A DNA stretch of 64,000 bases from an uncultured Alphaproteobacteria bacterium (lineage in GTDB: Bacteria > Pseudomonadota > Alphaproteobacteria > Rhizobiales > Rhizobiaceae). Positions 24,732 to 34,534 of this stretch are shown one piece after another. Location of the stretch: contig CAWCWS010000004.1 in assembly GCA_963799325.1 (NCBI GenBank), forward strand, positions 430,469 to 494,468. Reading direction: 5' to 3'. The position numbers were made by a program, and so were the translations under genes. A model generated the notes under the pieces. It did not search any database. It saw only the letters and a list, made by a program, of their open reading frames with translations, and was not told where the DNA came from. The stretch's first letter is position 1. Each line of letters begins with the position of its first letter.

Positions 24732-24904
24732 TCGTAGTCCGGTTCATCCCGCATGGTTTCCTCAAACAGCGCGTCGATGAACTCCAGCGTGCCGTCACGC
24801 TGGTCGGCTTCCGCGATTACGTGGACTTCGCACTGCAAGTCCTCATCGTTGATGATCGGGCGGCGCGCAACGACGGTTTCGAATTGGCGGTTGTTGGGGT
24901 CCAT
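24725..24904 (-). CDS. small acidic protein (59 aa), candidate antitoxin of the MazF-like gene; N-terminus uncertain
   Basis: ATG 24902-24904 to TAA 24725-24727 gives MDPNNRQFETVVARRPIINDEDLQCEVHVIAEADQRDGTLEFIDALFEETMRDEPDYEW. It falls below the 60-aa track cut-off. The acidic ..E.DYEW tail resembles MazE-type antitoxin C-termini. The frame is open for a further ~27 codons upstream. Confidence 0.4.
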   Translation of the reverse strand: MDPNNRQFETVVARRPIINDEDLQCEVHVIAEADQRDGTLEFIDALFEETMRDEPDYEW

Positions 24905-24933
24905 TATCTCAATTCCCTCGAAAAGTCGATCAC

Positions 24934-25400
24934 CTAAAGGACTGAATTTGGGTGCGTGCAGATGATTAAATCGTCTAGGTCGGCGTTAACGGACGAACTT
25001 CCTGAGCAGCTCTTATGCCGTTTATTGTCGCCTTTGCGAAGAGCGAGCAATTTGAAGATCAACTTCATTGAAGGAGTGACGTTCAGGGTTTTTAAGAAAA
25101 CTCGAATAAAATTGTCTGTCAAATTGGCTACGTAGAGTCAATAAACTCTCGTCAAATTAATCTCTCCATCCGTGGTTAGTTCATGCGAAACAGCGGCGGC
25201 GCCGAAAAGATCTTTGACGGTCGTTGGCCAGAACTTCCGTCAACAAATACCGTTTATCATCCCAAATCCCCCTGCAACCATTTTGTTCGCTGCAAGATGT
25301 GGGTCCAAATCCGAGAACACTGACTTCTTATGCAGTTCAATAAGGTTTTGAGTAATTGTGGCCACTTGGCTTTTGTGCGAAGATGATTTAGCAAATGACC
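24934..25400 (-). pseudogene. decayed AT-rich ORF of unknown function (one frame open for ~155 codons except two TGA codons)
   Basis: The minus-strand frame reads ..VATITQNLIELHKKSVFSDLDPHLAANKMVAGGFGMINGIC*RKFWPTTVKDLFGAAAVSHELTTDGEINLTRVY*LYVANLTDNFIRVFLKTLNVTPSMKLIFKLLALRKGDNK...ICTHPNSVL. This is far fewer stops than expected for AT-rich DNA. Confidence 0.3.
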
Positions 25401-25402
25401 GA

Positions 25403-26665
25403 TCACGACCCCACAATCTCCGCCGCTTCCACCACCGCGTGGAACAGCACTTCCGCTCCCGCCGTGCTCCATTCCTTGCTGATCTCCTCCGCCTCGTTGT
25501 GGCTCAGCCCATCCACGCACGGGCACATGATCATGGCGGTGGGGGCGACCTTGTTGATCCAGCAGGCGTCGTGGCCAGCGCCGGAGACGATGTCCTTGTG
25601 GCTGTAGCCGAGACGTTCGGCGGCTTCACGGATGCTCTGCACCAGCGTCTTGTCGAATTCGGGCGGGTCGAACTGGCCGACGATCTCAAAGCTTAATTCG
25701 ACGCCCAAAGCCTCGCACAACGCAGGTGCTTCCGCCTCGAACCGCGCGACCATTGCGTTCAGCCGGTCCAACTCGTGGGAGCGGAAGTCGATGGTGAACA
25801 CGACCTTGCCGGGGATGATGTTGCGGCTGTTGGGATAGACGTCGATATGGCCGATGGCACCCACGGCGTTCGGCGCGTTGTCCATCGCTATCGTGTGAAC
25901 CAGCTCGGTGATCTGCGCCAGACCGCGGCCGGCGTTCTTGCGCATGGGCATGGGGGTGGAGCCGGTGTGGCTTTCCTTGCCCGTCACCGTGCATTCGATC
26001 CAGCGCAGCCCCTGCCCGTGGGTGACGACGCCGATATCGACGCCCTCGGCTTCCAGGATCGGCCCCTGTTCGATGTGGAGTTCGAGGAAGGCGTGCATCT
26101 TGCGGTCGCCGACCACCTCGTCGCCCTTCCAGCCGATGCGTTCCAGCTCGTCGCCGAAGGTAAGCCCCTTGGCATCTGTCTTGGCGTAGGCCTCTTCCTG
26201 CGGGATGACGCCTGCGAAAACGCCGGATGCCATCATGGCAGGGGCGTAGCGGGTGCCTTCCTCGTTGGTCCAGTTGGTCACGACGATGGGATGCTTCGTC
26301 CTGATGTCGAGGTCGTTCAAGGTGCGGACCACTTCCAGACCTGCCAGCACGCCCAGCACGCCGTCATAGCGCCCGCCGGTGGGCTGTGTGTCGAGGTGGG
26401 AACCGACATAGACCGGCAGTGCGTCCGGTTCGGTGCCCTCACGGCGCATGAACATGGTGCCCATCTGGTCGAGGCCCATCGTCAGGCCAGCGTCCTCGCA
26501 CCATGTCTGGAACAGCGCGCGACCTTTGGCGTCCTCGTCCGTCACCGTTTGCCGGTTGGAGCCGCCCGCGATGCCGGGGCCGATTTCGGCGATGGCGTGG
26601 ATGCTGTCCCACAGCCTGTCGCCATTAATGCGAAGGTTCTCACCCGGAGCTGCGCTCGATGCCAT
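25403..26665 (-). CDS. Zn-dependent amidohydrolase, M20/AmaB family (N-carbamoyl-amino-acid hydrolase / beta-ureidopropionase / allantoate amidohydrolase type)
   Basis: Intact 420-aa ORF with GSHLDTQPTGGRYDGVLGVLAGLE, NEEGTRY and ESHTGSTPM. It lies next to the dihydropyrimidinase, the usual hydantoin/pyrimidine catabolic pairing. Confidence 0.85.
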   Translation of the reverse strand: MASSAAPGENLRINGDRLWDSIHAIAEIGPGIAGGSNRQTVTDEDAKGRALFQTWCEDAGLTMGLDQMGTMFMRREGTEPDALPVYVGSHLDTQPTGGRYDGVLGVLAGLEVVRTLNDLDIRTKHPIVVTNWTNEEGTRYAPAMMASGVFAGVIPQEEAYAKTDAKGLTFGDELERIGWKGDEVVGDRKMHAFLELHIEQGPILEAEGVDIGVVTHGQGLRWIECTVTGKESHTGSTPMPMRKNAGRGLAQITELVHTIAMDNAPNAVGAIGHIDVYPNSRNIIPGKVVFTIDFRSHELDRLNAMVARFEAEAPALCEALGVELSFEIVGQFDPPEFDKTLVQSIREAAERLGYSHKDIVSGAGHDACWINKVAPTAMIMCPCVDGLSHNEAEEISKEWSTAGAEVLFHAVVEAAEIVGS

Positions 26666-26735
26666 GTGTCTTGCCCTTCATGCGTTCGTTGCGCGAAGGG
26701 TGCCTTCAGACGGGCCGCGGTTCAAGTGGGAAGCG

Positions 26736-27014
26736 TCAGCTCTCCTCGCCGAACCGGCTGGCGACGAGCTCTTCCAGTGCCGTCATGGCTTCGACGGCCT
26801 GCGGGCCGGTGGCGCTGACTTTCACGGAACAGCCCTTGGAAGCCGCCAGCATCATCAGCCCCATGATGGATGTGCCGCCGACACTGTATTCGCCCTTTTC
26901 CACCGTCACATCGGCGTCAAAGGTCTCGCAGGTTTTCACGAAACGGGCGGATGCACGGGCGTGCAGACCCCGTTCGTTGCAGATTTCCAGCGATTTAGGG
27001 CCGATCGTGGTCAT
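26736..27014 (-). CDS. ptsH: HPr-family phosphocarrier protein (NPr-like)
   Basis: Internal ATG of ORF 26736..27218. The 92-aa product has the His region ICNERGLHARASARF and the Ser region GGTSIMGLMML. Confidence 0.85.
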   Translation of the reverse strand: MTTIGPKSLEICNERGLHARASARFVKTCETFDADVTVEKGEYSVGGTSIMGLMMLAASKGCSVKVSATGPQAVEAMTALEELVASRFGEES

Positions 27015-27021
27015 CGTGGGC

Positions 27022-27423
27022 TCATGCTCCCGCCAAGACCTTGCTGGCGATGTTGATGTAGCGGCGGCCGGATTCCGTCGCCTTTTCCAGCGCGTCGTCC
27101 ATATCGTCGCCGGTTCGCACGCTGGCCAGTTTGATGAGCATGGGCAGATTGACGCCCGCCACAACCTCGATGAGCCCCGGCTCCATGATCGAGATGGCGA
27201 GATTGGAGGGCGTGCCACCGAACATGTCGGTGAGAATGACCGCGCCCTTGCCGGTATTGACCCGCGCCACGGCGTTCAGAATATCCGTGCGGCGCTGCTC
27301 CATGTCGTCGTCTGGGCCGATAGAGACCGTCTCCAGCGCTTCCTGGGGGCCAACAACATGTTCCAGCGCCAGCTCGAATTCGCGTGCCAGGGCACCGTGG
27401 GTGACGATAACAAGACCGATCAT
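27022..27423 (-). CDS. PTS EIIA component, mannose family
   Basis: 133 aa, MIGLVIVTHGALAREF... (active-site His in VTHG) and ..LTDMFGGTPSN. Confidence 0.85.
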   Translation of the reverse strand: MIGLVIVTHGALAREFELALEHVVGPQEALETVSIGPDDDMEQRRTDILNAVARVNTGKGAVILTDMFGGTPSNLAISIMEPGLIEVVAGVNLPMLIKLASVRTGDDMDDALEKATESGRRYINIASKVLAGA

Positions 27424-27522
27424 GGGCAGGCGCGGGATCTGCTCCCGCGGTTCTCATACGCGCTGTTCCGGCGGCCATCTTTGCACGCAAGCCACGGCTT
27501 GCAAGCGAAAAATTGAATCAGC

Positions 27523-27969
27523 CTAAAGAACACGCAGCGTCTGCATAAGGATGTGGCAGGCATGATGGAGGTTGGCAGCAGGAACATTGCACAATGGCAA
27601 TGCGATGGCGGAGGCTGCGCCGGTGCCCGGGCAGGTCGTTCGACCCTCATCGGGCAGTCGTTCCAAATCGGTATCGGGCACAAGATCGACAACGAGATCG
27701 AGCTTGCAACGGGCGAGGTATGGCACAGTGGTAATCCCGGCAAAACGCAGTTCCCGCTTGCCGGCAATCGAGAGCACTGCGCTGGCGATCAGGCCATCGC
27801 CGCATGGAGTCAGGATGACTTGGTCATCCGCGACCCACCGGGCGAACCAACCGAACGACTGCGCACGGTAGATACACTCCTCCACCAGCAAGCTCTTGCC
27901 CGCACCGCTGGCACCGCGCACCAGCACGCCCTGTCGCCCGATCACGAATGCCGATGCGTGAAGTGTCAC
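27523..27969 (-). CDS. hprK: HPr kinase/phosphorylase, short alphaproteobacterial form
   Basis: 148 aa with P-loop GASGAGKSLL. It lacks the N-terminal domain of firmicute HprK. It occupies the conserved position between chvG and the EIIA/HPr genes. Confidence 0.8.
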   Translation of the reverse strand: MTLHASAFVIGRQGVLVRGASGAGKSLLVEECIYRAQSFGWFARWVADDQVILTPCGDGLIASAVLSIAGKRELRFAGITTVPYLARCKLDLVVDLVPDTDLERLPDEGRTTCPGTGAASAIALPLCNVPAANLHHACHILMQTLRVL

Positions 27970-27976
27970 CCGGCCC

Positions 27977-29821
27977 TCACTTTCGCGCGTTCAGCCCTTG
28001 CCCCAATAGAGGCAAGGTCAACGTGAAACGCGCACCGCCGCCTTCCGCATTGTCGGCGACGATCGTGCCTGCATGGGCCTCGACGATCTGTTTGGTTATC
28101 GACAGGCCGAGCCCCGAATTCTGGCCGAATGACTCCTCGCCGGGGCGGTCGGTGTAGAACCGTTCGAAGATGCGGACGGTGTTCTCCGGCGGGATGCCCG
28201 GTCCGTTATCCTCAACCGTCACGATGACGTCATCGTCGTCCTGCGACAGGGCAATTTCGATGCTCCCTCCCTTTACAGGCACAAAGGACCGGGCGTTCTC
28301 GATCAGGTTCGTCAAAACCTGACCCAACCGCCCTTCATGGCCCTCCACGTGATACGTCCGGCGGGATTTCGTCTTGCGCCACTTTTCCGGTCCCTGCCCG
28401 TCGATCGTGAGCGCCACATCCGGCATTTCGGCGACGGTGTGGGATGCCATGCTGGCGTAGGTCGCATGGATGGAGGCAGCGAGAGCGGCCACATCGACGA
28501 TACCGGCATCTTCCCGCGCCAGTTCGGCATCGAGGCGGGAGGCGTCGGAAATGTCCGAAATCAGACGGTCGAGACGGCGCACGTCATGTTCGATGATAGC
28601 CAGCAGCTTTTCGCGCTGCTCGGGTTTCTTGGCCAATGGCAGAGTTTCGACGGCACTGCGCAGCGATGTCAGCGGGTTCTTCAGTTCATGGGATACGTCG
28701 GCTGCAAAACTCTCGATCGCTTCGATACGCGCATACAGCGCCTGCGTCATGGCACGAAGGCTTCCCGACAGGTGGCCGATCTCGTCACCCCGATGGGTAA
28801 AATCCGGTATCTGCTCCCGTGCCTTGGTGCCGAGCCGCACACGCTCGGCCGCCGCCGACAGCCGGTGCAAGGGTTTGGCTATGGTGGAGGCCAGCAGCAC
28901 GGACAGAACAAGCGTGACGGCCAATGCGATCAGGAACGTACGCAGAATGTTCATCCGTTCCTTCTCGATGATCGTATCAATGGCTCCAGCTTCGGTCGAA
29001 AGAACCAGCACGCCCAGCACGGCCCGGAACCGCTGGATGGGCACGGCCACGGAGACGATTGTGGCCCCGTTCGCGGTGCGCCGCGTTGCCGTTCCGGGCG
29101 TCCCGGTAAGAGCTGTCACAACCTCGCGGTAGGCCGTTCCGTTGCCGTCGGCGTTGTCGGAATAAAGCGGCAGGTCGGACTGCCAGAACCAGTTGCGGAA
29201 CGCGAGCCACTGGCTTTCCAGCCATTTGCTCCAGTCGGTGTCGCCGGGTTCCCGGACCCGCGGCAGGTCGTAGCGATAGATCTGGCCAGACAGGTACAGC
29301 CGGTCGGAATCGAGAATGATGAGACCGTCGCGGTCATAGATCCGCGCCCGGGTGCGGGTGGGGGAAATCAACCGTCGCAGGATGGGGGCGACCTGTTCCG
29401 GGTTGACGGGAAAGTCGAAATTTTCCGTCTCGCTTTCCATCGGAAAGGCGCTCTCGCCAGCCTGCAATTCCAGCAGCCGATCGGGGTCGATCGACAGGGC
29501 ATCGGTTTCCACGGTGGCATTGGCAGCAATGGCAGCGGAAATGATCTCGCCCTGAATGAGCAGACTTTCCTCCCGCGCCTCGATGAGGGAATCGCGGAAC
29601 TGGTGCTGGAAGATCATCGCCGCCAGCAGCACGAGCAAGGCTGCTGCATTGAGAACGACGATACGCTGGGTCAGGCTGGTGAAGATGTAGCGACTGAACA
29701 GACGGGCGGCCTTTCGCCTGCGCTGACGCAACCACGGGGTTCTGCCGAGCCTGCTCGAACGTCGACGCAACGGGGTCGCTATCGCTGTCTCCGCTTCGCT
29801 GGCGTTCGTCGTGTCGGTCAA
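27977..29821 (-). CDS. chvG: sensor histidine kinase ChvG/ExoS/BvrS
   Basis: 614 aa with two TM segments flanking a periplasmic domain. It has a HAMP domain, the H-box FAADVSHELKNPLTSLRSA and the ATPase boxes NLIENARSF, DNGPGIP and GLGLSI. It lies immediately downstream of chvI. Confidence 0.9.
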   Translation of the reverse strand: MTDTTNASEAETAIATPLRRRSSRLGRTPWLRQRRRKAARLFSRYIFTSLTQRIVVLNAAALLVLLAAMIFQHQFRDSLIEAREESLLIQGEIISAAIAANATVETDALSIDPDRLLELQAGESAFPMESETENFDFPVNPEQVAPILRRLISPTRTRARIYDRDGLIILDSDRLYLSGQIYRYDLPRVREPGDTDWSKWLESQWLAFRNWFWQSDLPLYSDNADGNGTAYREVVTALTGTPGTATRRTANGATIVSVAVPIQRFRAVLGVLVLSTEAGAIDTIIEKERMNILRTFLIALAVTLVLSVLLASTIAKPLHRLSAAAERVRLGTKAREQIPDFTHRGDEIGHLSGSLRAMTQALYARIEAIESFAADVSHELKNPLTSLRSAVETLPLAKKPEQREKLLAIIEHDVRRLDRLISDISDASRLDAELAREDAGIVDVAALAASIHATYASMASHTVAEMPDVALTIDGQGPEKWRKTKSRRTYHVEGHEGRLGQVLTNLIENARSFVPVKGGSIEIALSQDDDDVIVTVEDNGPGIPPENTVRIFERFYTDRPGEESFGQNSGLGLSITKQIVEAHAGTIVADNAEGGGARFTLTLPLLGQGLNARK

Positions 29822-29831
29822 AACGCCGGTC

Positions 29832-30539
29832 TCACGCTTCCCGGAAACGGTAGCCGACCCCGTAGAGCGTTTCGATCATGTCGAAGGAATCGTCCGTCGC
29901 CTTGAACTTCTTGCGCAGCCGCTTGATGTGACTGTCGATCGTGCGGTCGTCCACATAGACCTGATCGTCATAGGCTGCGTCCATCAGGCTGTCACGGCTC
30001 TTGACCACACCAGGGCGCTGGGCCAGCGCGAAGAGGATGAGGAACTCGGTCACGGTGAGCGTCACAGGCTTGCCGTTCCATGTGGACGTATGGCGCTCCT
30101 GATCCATCGATAAAGCGCCGCGCTCCAGCACGTTGGCAGACGAGGCTTCACCCTCCCGCACCACACCTTCACCCCGTGTGCTGGCACGGCGGAGAACAGC
30201 CTTGACGCGCTCGACCAACAGGCGTTGGGAGAACGGCTTGGTGATGAAATCGTCCGCGCCCATCTTCAGACCGAAAAGCTGGTCGATCTCGTCGTCTTTC
30301 GAGGTGAGGAAGATGACCGGCAGGTCGGATTTCTGGCGCAACCGGCGCAGCAGCTCCATTCCATCCATACGGGGCATCTTGATGTCGAAGATGGCCAAGT
30401 CCGGACGACGGGCCGTCAAGCCGTCCAGCGCGGAGGCACCGTCGGTGTAGGTTTCGACCTTGTAGCCTTCCGATTCCAGCGCGATGGAGACGGAGGTGAG
30501 AATGTTGCGGTCGTCGTCGACCAGGGCAATGGTGGCCAT
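29832..30539 (-). CDS. chvI: response regulator ChvI/BvrR (OmpR family)
   Basis: Internal ATG of ORF 29832..30752 gives [14 protein letters not shown]... The receiver domain has [10 protein letters not shown] and ITKPF. The winged helix has [13 protein letters not shown] and YGVGYRF. Confidence 0.9.
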   Translation of the reverse strand: MATIALVDDDRNILTSVSIALESEGYKVETYTDGASALDGLTARRPDLAIFDIKMPRMDGMELLRRLRQKSDLPVIFLTSKDDEIDQLFGLKMGADDFITKPFSQRLLVERVKAVLRRASTRGEGVVREGEASSANVLERGALSMDQERHTSTWNGKPVTLTVTEFLILFALAQRPGVVKSRDSLMDAAYDDQVYVDDRTIDSHIKRLRKKFKATDDSFDMIETLYGVGYRFREA

Positions 30540-30892
30540 GTTGATGAAAATCCCTATTCGAGAGGTTCTGCCGACAGGCCGCAATGTGGCCCGGACCGGA
30601 AACAAGTCGTATGAAATGTGGCACATGAACGGTGCCTGAGGAAAGCGAACGTTCAAAGGTGATGTTCGCTCCATATATGGCGATACAGGTGGGTTGCCCG
30701 CTTCGCGTGTCAACATCCCGTTCACCACAGGGCCAATCCCACACCGCTTCAACCGATTAATGACAGTCTCATCGTTTGAAACATGGCCTATGGCACTGTC
30801 ACCATGTTGTCATGTTAACGCCTTGGGTCCTATGCGTTGCTCATCTTCTTGCGGACATCGTCTGCAAAGCCGTCGAGCAAAGGACGCAACCC

Positions 30893-32506
30893 ATGATGGA
30901 AACAGGAACGCGCAACCCGGCCAATGGTCCCGCTTCGATGGGCCTGGACAACGCTGCCTCCATTGCCTGGAATATGGATCGCGATGAGTTGGTCGCCCTT
31001 GCGCTCAAACGGGGCGAAGGGGAGATCGCCGCCGGCGATGACGAGAAAGGTGGGCCTCTTTCGGTCTCCACCGGCAAACATACCGGACGCTCGGCCACTG
31101 ACAAATATCTCGTCCGCGATGCCGAGACCGAGGACAAGGCGTGGTGGGACAACAACAACGCCATGTCGCCAGAGCATTTCGACGCGCTCTATGCCGATTT
31201 CGCGGCCCATACCCAAGGGCGCAAGCTGGTGGCGCAGGATCTGTTCGGGGGTGCGGACCCCGAATACAGAATTGGCGCGCGCATCTATCTGGAACTGGCA
31301 TGGCACGGCCTGTTCATCCGCAACCTGCTGCGCCGCCCGACCGAGGCGGAACTGCACACATTCGTGCCGGACATGACGATCATCAACCTGCCGTCCTTCA
31401 AAGCCGACCCCGCCCGCCACGGCTGCAAGAGCGAGACGGTGATTGCCGTCAACATGTCCAAGCGCATCGTGCTGATCGGCGGCACGTCCTATGCGGGCGA
31501 GACCAAGAAGAGCGTCTTCGGCTACCTCAACTACATCCTGCCTGACCGGGGCGTGATGCCAATGCATTGTTCTGCCAATGAGCATGACGGCGAAAGCGCG
31601 CTGTTTTTCGGCCTATCGGGAACGGGCAAAACCACCCTGTCGTCCGACGCATCCCGCACGCTGGTGGGGGACGACGAGCACGGCTGGTCCGACAACGGCA
31701 TCTTCAATTTCGAGGGCGGTTGCTACGCAAAGACTATTCGCCTGTCGAAAGAGGCGGAGCCGGAAATTTTTGGCACGACCCGCCGCTGGGGCTCGGTGCT
31801 GGAAAACGTGCCGCTGGACCCAAAGACGAAAGAGCCGGATTTCGACGACGCCTCGCGCACAGAGAATACCCGCGTCGCCTATCCGATGGAATTCATTCCC
31901 AACGCCTCGGAAACCGGTCTCGCTCCCCATCCGAAAACCGTCATCATGCTGACCGCGGACGCTTCCGGCGTGCTGCCTCCGATTGCGCGGATGACACCGG
32001 CGCAGGCGATGTATCACTTCCTGTCGGGCTACACGGCGAAAGTGGCAGGCACGGAAAAGGGCGTGAAGGGCACGCAGGCGACGTTCTCGACCTGCTTCGG
32101 TGCCCCCTTCATGCCGCGCCATCCGAGCGTTTACGGCAATCTGCTGCGCGAGAAGATCGACGCGCACGGCGCGACCTGCTGGCTGGTGAATACCGGATGG
32201 ACCGGCGGCGCCTACGGGGAGGGCGAACGGATGCCGATCAAGGCTACCCGTGCCTTGCTGAAAGCGGCGCTCGACGGTTCTCTGGGTAATGTGGAATTCC
32301 GCAAGGATCCCAATTTCGGTCTGGATGTGCCGGTCAGCGTCGACGGGGTGGACGACGCCCTGCTCGACCCGCGCAGCACATGGGCCGACAAGGATGCTTA
32401 TGACGCCGCCGCCCGCGATCTCGTGGAAAAGTTCGTGGCCAACTTCGCAAAGTTCGAGACCCATGTGGATTCCAACGTGCGGGAAGCAGCGCCCAAGGCG
32501 GCCTGA
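30893..32506 (+). CDS. pckA: phosphoenolpyruvate carboxykinase (ATP)
   Basis: The start is taken at MMETGTRNP (M40 of ORF 30776..32506). Motifs are [12 protein letters not shown], the P-loop [20 protein letters not shown] and NTGWTGG. It is divergent from chvI, as in other Rhizobiales. Confidence 0.9.
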   Translation: MMETGTRNPANGPASMGLDNAASIAWNMDRDELVALALKRGEGEIAAGDDEKGGPLSVSTGKHTGRSATDKYLVRDAETEDKAWWDNNNAMSPEHFDALYADFAAHTQGRKLVAQDLFGGADPEYRIGARIYLELAWHGLFIRNLLRRPTEAELHTFVPDMTIINLPSFKADPARHGCKSETVIAVNMSKRIVLIGGTSYAGETKKSVFGYLNYILPDRGVMPMHCSANEHDGESALFFGLSGTGKTTLSSDASRTLVGDDEHGWSDNGIFNFEGGCYAKTIRLSKEAEPEIFGTTRRWGSVLENVPLDPKTKEPDFDDASRTENTRVAYPMEFIPNASETGLAPHPKTVIMLTADASGVLPPIARMTPAQAMYHFLSGYTAKVAGTEKGVKGTQATFSTCFGAPFMPRHPSVYGNLLREKIDAHGATCWLVNTGWTGGAYGEGERMPIKATRALLKAALDGSLGNVEFRKDPNFGLDVPVSVDGVDDALLDPRSTWADKDAYDAAARDLVEKFVANFAKFETHVDSNVREAAPKAA

Positions 32507-32512
32507 CAACCT

Positions 32513-33199
32513 GTGCCGACCGATGGTGTGAAATCGCGGCCGCTCGACTTTCAAAGCCGCGGCCCCGACGATATGGAAGCGCGGGTTCGTGCTTTCGCCT
32601 CAACCATGTTGACCCGCCGGACGGTGCGCGATTACAGCGACCGCCCGGTGGATCGCACCGTCATCGAACAGGCCATTGCCGCCGCTCGCAGTGCACCCTC
32701 CGGCGCCAACCAGCAGCCGTGGCATTTCGTGGCCATTTCCGACACGGATACCAAACGCCGTATCCGTGAGGCGGCTGAGGCCGAAGAGCGGGCGTTCTAC
32801 GCCGGACGTGCCGGGAACGAATGGCTCGACGCATTGGCCCATCTGGGCACCGATGCCGATAAACCATTTCTGGAAACCGCTCCGTGGCTGATCGTGCTGT
32901 TCGCACAGCGCTGGGGCGTGGACGAGGACGGCGCACGGGTGAAGAATTATTACGTACCGGAATCAGTTGGCATTGCCTGCGGGTTCCTGATTGCAGCGCT
33001 GCACGATGCGGGGTTGGCAACTCTGACCCATACGCCCGCACCGATGAAATTCCTGACCGAGATTTGCGGGCGACCGGACAGCGAAAAGCCGTTCGTTCTG
33101 CTGGTGGTCGGCCATCCTGCGGATGGGGCGACGGTGCCGGATATCGAGCGCAAGATGGATGGCGAAACGGTCACGTGGATCGAAGACCGCAACGTCTAA
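32513..33199 (+). CDS. nitroreductase-family protein (iodotyrosine-deiodinase-like subgroup)
   Basis: 228 aa from a GTG start, with RRTVRDYSDRPV, SAPSGANQQPWHFV and ..ATLTHTP. Confidence 0.75.
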   Translation: MPTDGVKSRPLDFQSRGPDDMEARVRAFASTMLTRRTVRDYSDRPVDRTVIEQAIAAARSAPSGANQQPWHFVAISDTDTKRRIREAAEAEERAFYAGRAGNEWLDALAHLGTDADKPFLETAPWLIVLFAQRWGVDEDGARVKNYYVPESVGIACGFLIAALHDAGLATLTHTPAPMKFLTEICGRPDSEKPFVLLVVGHPADGATVPDIERKMDGETVTWIEDRNV

Positions 33200-33209
33200 A
33201 GCGCATGTT

Positions 33210-33704
33210 TCAAGCCGCGCGAAAATTCAACGCTACACCATTAAGACAATGACGCTTGCCTGTCGGCTCGGGTCCATCATCGAAAATATGACCCAAATGG
33301 CCACCGCATCGGCGGCAATGCACTTCCGTGCGCTCCACGATCAACTTGCGGTCCGGTTTCGTGCCGACCGCGTCGGGCAGGCTGTCGGTAAAACTTGGCC
33401 AACCGGTGCCGCTCTTGAACTTCGTTTCTGATGAATAGACGTCGAGGTCGCAGCCCGCGCAGGTGAAAATGCCTTTGCGCGTTTCCTCGTTGAGTGGGCT
33501 GGAGAAGGGTTCCTCAGTAGCCTCCTCGCGCAGGACGGCAAATTCTTCCGGTGTTAAAATCTCGCGCCATTCTGCTTCGGTCTTCGTGATCTCGAATGTG
33601 CCTTCCGAAACATCGCCGGATTCTCGCCACAGCCACAAACCGCCACCTACGGCAACGAGACCAAGCGCGGCACCGCCAAAAATAACTTTTCTCCGATTTT
33701 GCAT
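33210..33704 (-). CDS. msrB: peptide-methionine (R)-S-oxide reductase MsrB with N-terminal signal/anchor
   Basis: 164 aa with an N-terminus RRKVIFGGAALGLVAVGGG. The SelR domain carries CAGC...GTGWPSF...CRRCGGHLGHIFDDGP. Confidence 0.85.
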   Translation of the reverse strand: MQNRRKVIFGGAALGLVAVGGGLWLWRESGDVSEGTFEITKTEAEWREILTPEEFAVLREEATEEPFSSPLNEETRKGIFTCAGCDLDVYSSETKFKSGTGWPSFTDSLPDAVGTKPDRKLIVERTEVHCRRCGGHLGHIFDDGPEPTGKRHCLNGVALNFRAA

Positions 33705-33730
33705 CGTTTCCTCCGTATCCCCCAGTCATA

Positions 33731-33762
33731 GAAAAAGCCGCCGCCGTTACCGGCGACGGCTT
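33731..33762 (-). terminator. rho-independent terminator after the fasciclin gene
   Basis: The minus strand reads AGCCGTCGCCGGTAACGGCGGCGGCT followed by TTTTTC. Confidence 0.6.
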
Positions 33763-33794
33763 TCGTTTCGTCATCTTCCCGTGGGGAGAGATGC

Positions 33795-34364
33795 TTACAT
33801 TTTCGGCATCAGCACCGAGTCGATCACATGCACGACGCCGTTGGACTGCATGACGTCAGCTGTCGTAACCGTTGCACCGCCACCGGACTCGTCGATCAAC
33901 ACAAGGTTGTCGCCGTCCATCTTGGCGGTAAAGACGTGGCCTTCGAATGCGGTCGGCACATCATGTGCGCCACCATCGTCGGAAATCATCTTCATGGCAT
34001 CGGCTGCCGTCGCCTTGGCCGGCACGACATGGTACAGCAGGATGTTGCTGAGCATTTCCTTGTTTTCCGGCTTCAGCAGGTTTTCGACCGTGCCTGCGGG
34101 CAGTTTTTCAAAGGCTTCGTTGGTTGGTGCGAATACGGTGTATGGACCTTCGCCCATCAGCGTTTCAGCGAGACCAGCTGCCTTAACGGCCGCAACGAGC
34201 GTCGTCAGGTTAGGAGCAGCAGAAGCGTTTTCCACGATGGTCTTGTCGGCCATCATGTCGGCACCACCGACCTGCGGATTGTCCTGCGCAAAGGCTGGAG
34301 CGGAAGCGAGGGCGGTGGACGCTGCAAAAGCGGCGGCCATGAGTGTTTTCTTGAAGAATGTCAT
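33795..34364 (-). CDS. fasciclin (FAS1) domain protein, secreted
   Basis: 189 aa with a signal peptide MTFFKKTLMAAAFAASTALASAPAFA. FAS1 blocks are TLVAAVKAAGL, YTVFAPTNEAF and VVHVIDSVLMP. Confidence 0.85.
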   Translation of the reverse strand: MTFFKKTLMAAAFAASTALASAPAFAQDNPQVGGADMMADKTIVENASAAPNLTTLVAAVKAAGLAETLMGEGPYTVFAPTNEAFEKLPAGTVENLLKPENKEMLSNILLYHVVPAKATAADAMKMISDDGGAHDVPTAFEGHVFTAKMDGDNLVLIDESGGGATVTTADVMQSNGVVHVIDSVLMPKM

Positions 34365-34534
34365 TAAAGTTTCTCCTGAATTCGCTGGCGTGCATTTTCA
34401 ATACGGCGGGCGTGCCAGTTTGCCTGCCGTTGTGATGGATAAACGGCGGCATATCGAATTTGGTTCAGAAAAAAGAAACATTAAATCAACGCCATCTGAT
34501 GAAACCGAATAGCGTTTTTTTTCGTATGAGGTTT

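Noticed and set aside
30540-30892. Inverted repeats in the chvI-pckA spacer (GCGAAC..GTTCGC at ~30645; TGACAGT-N25-ACTGTCA at ~30760) as ChvI operator sites.
   Set aside because: I cannot recall a reliable ChvI-box consensus to compare against, and repeats of this size are common by chance. They are noted only as candidates.
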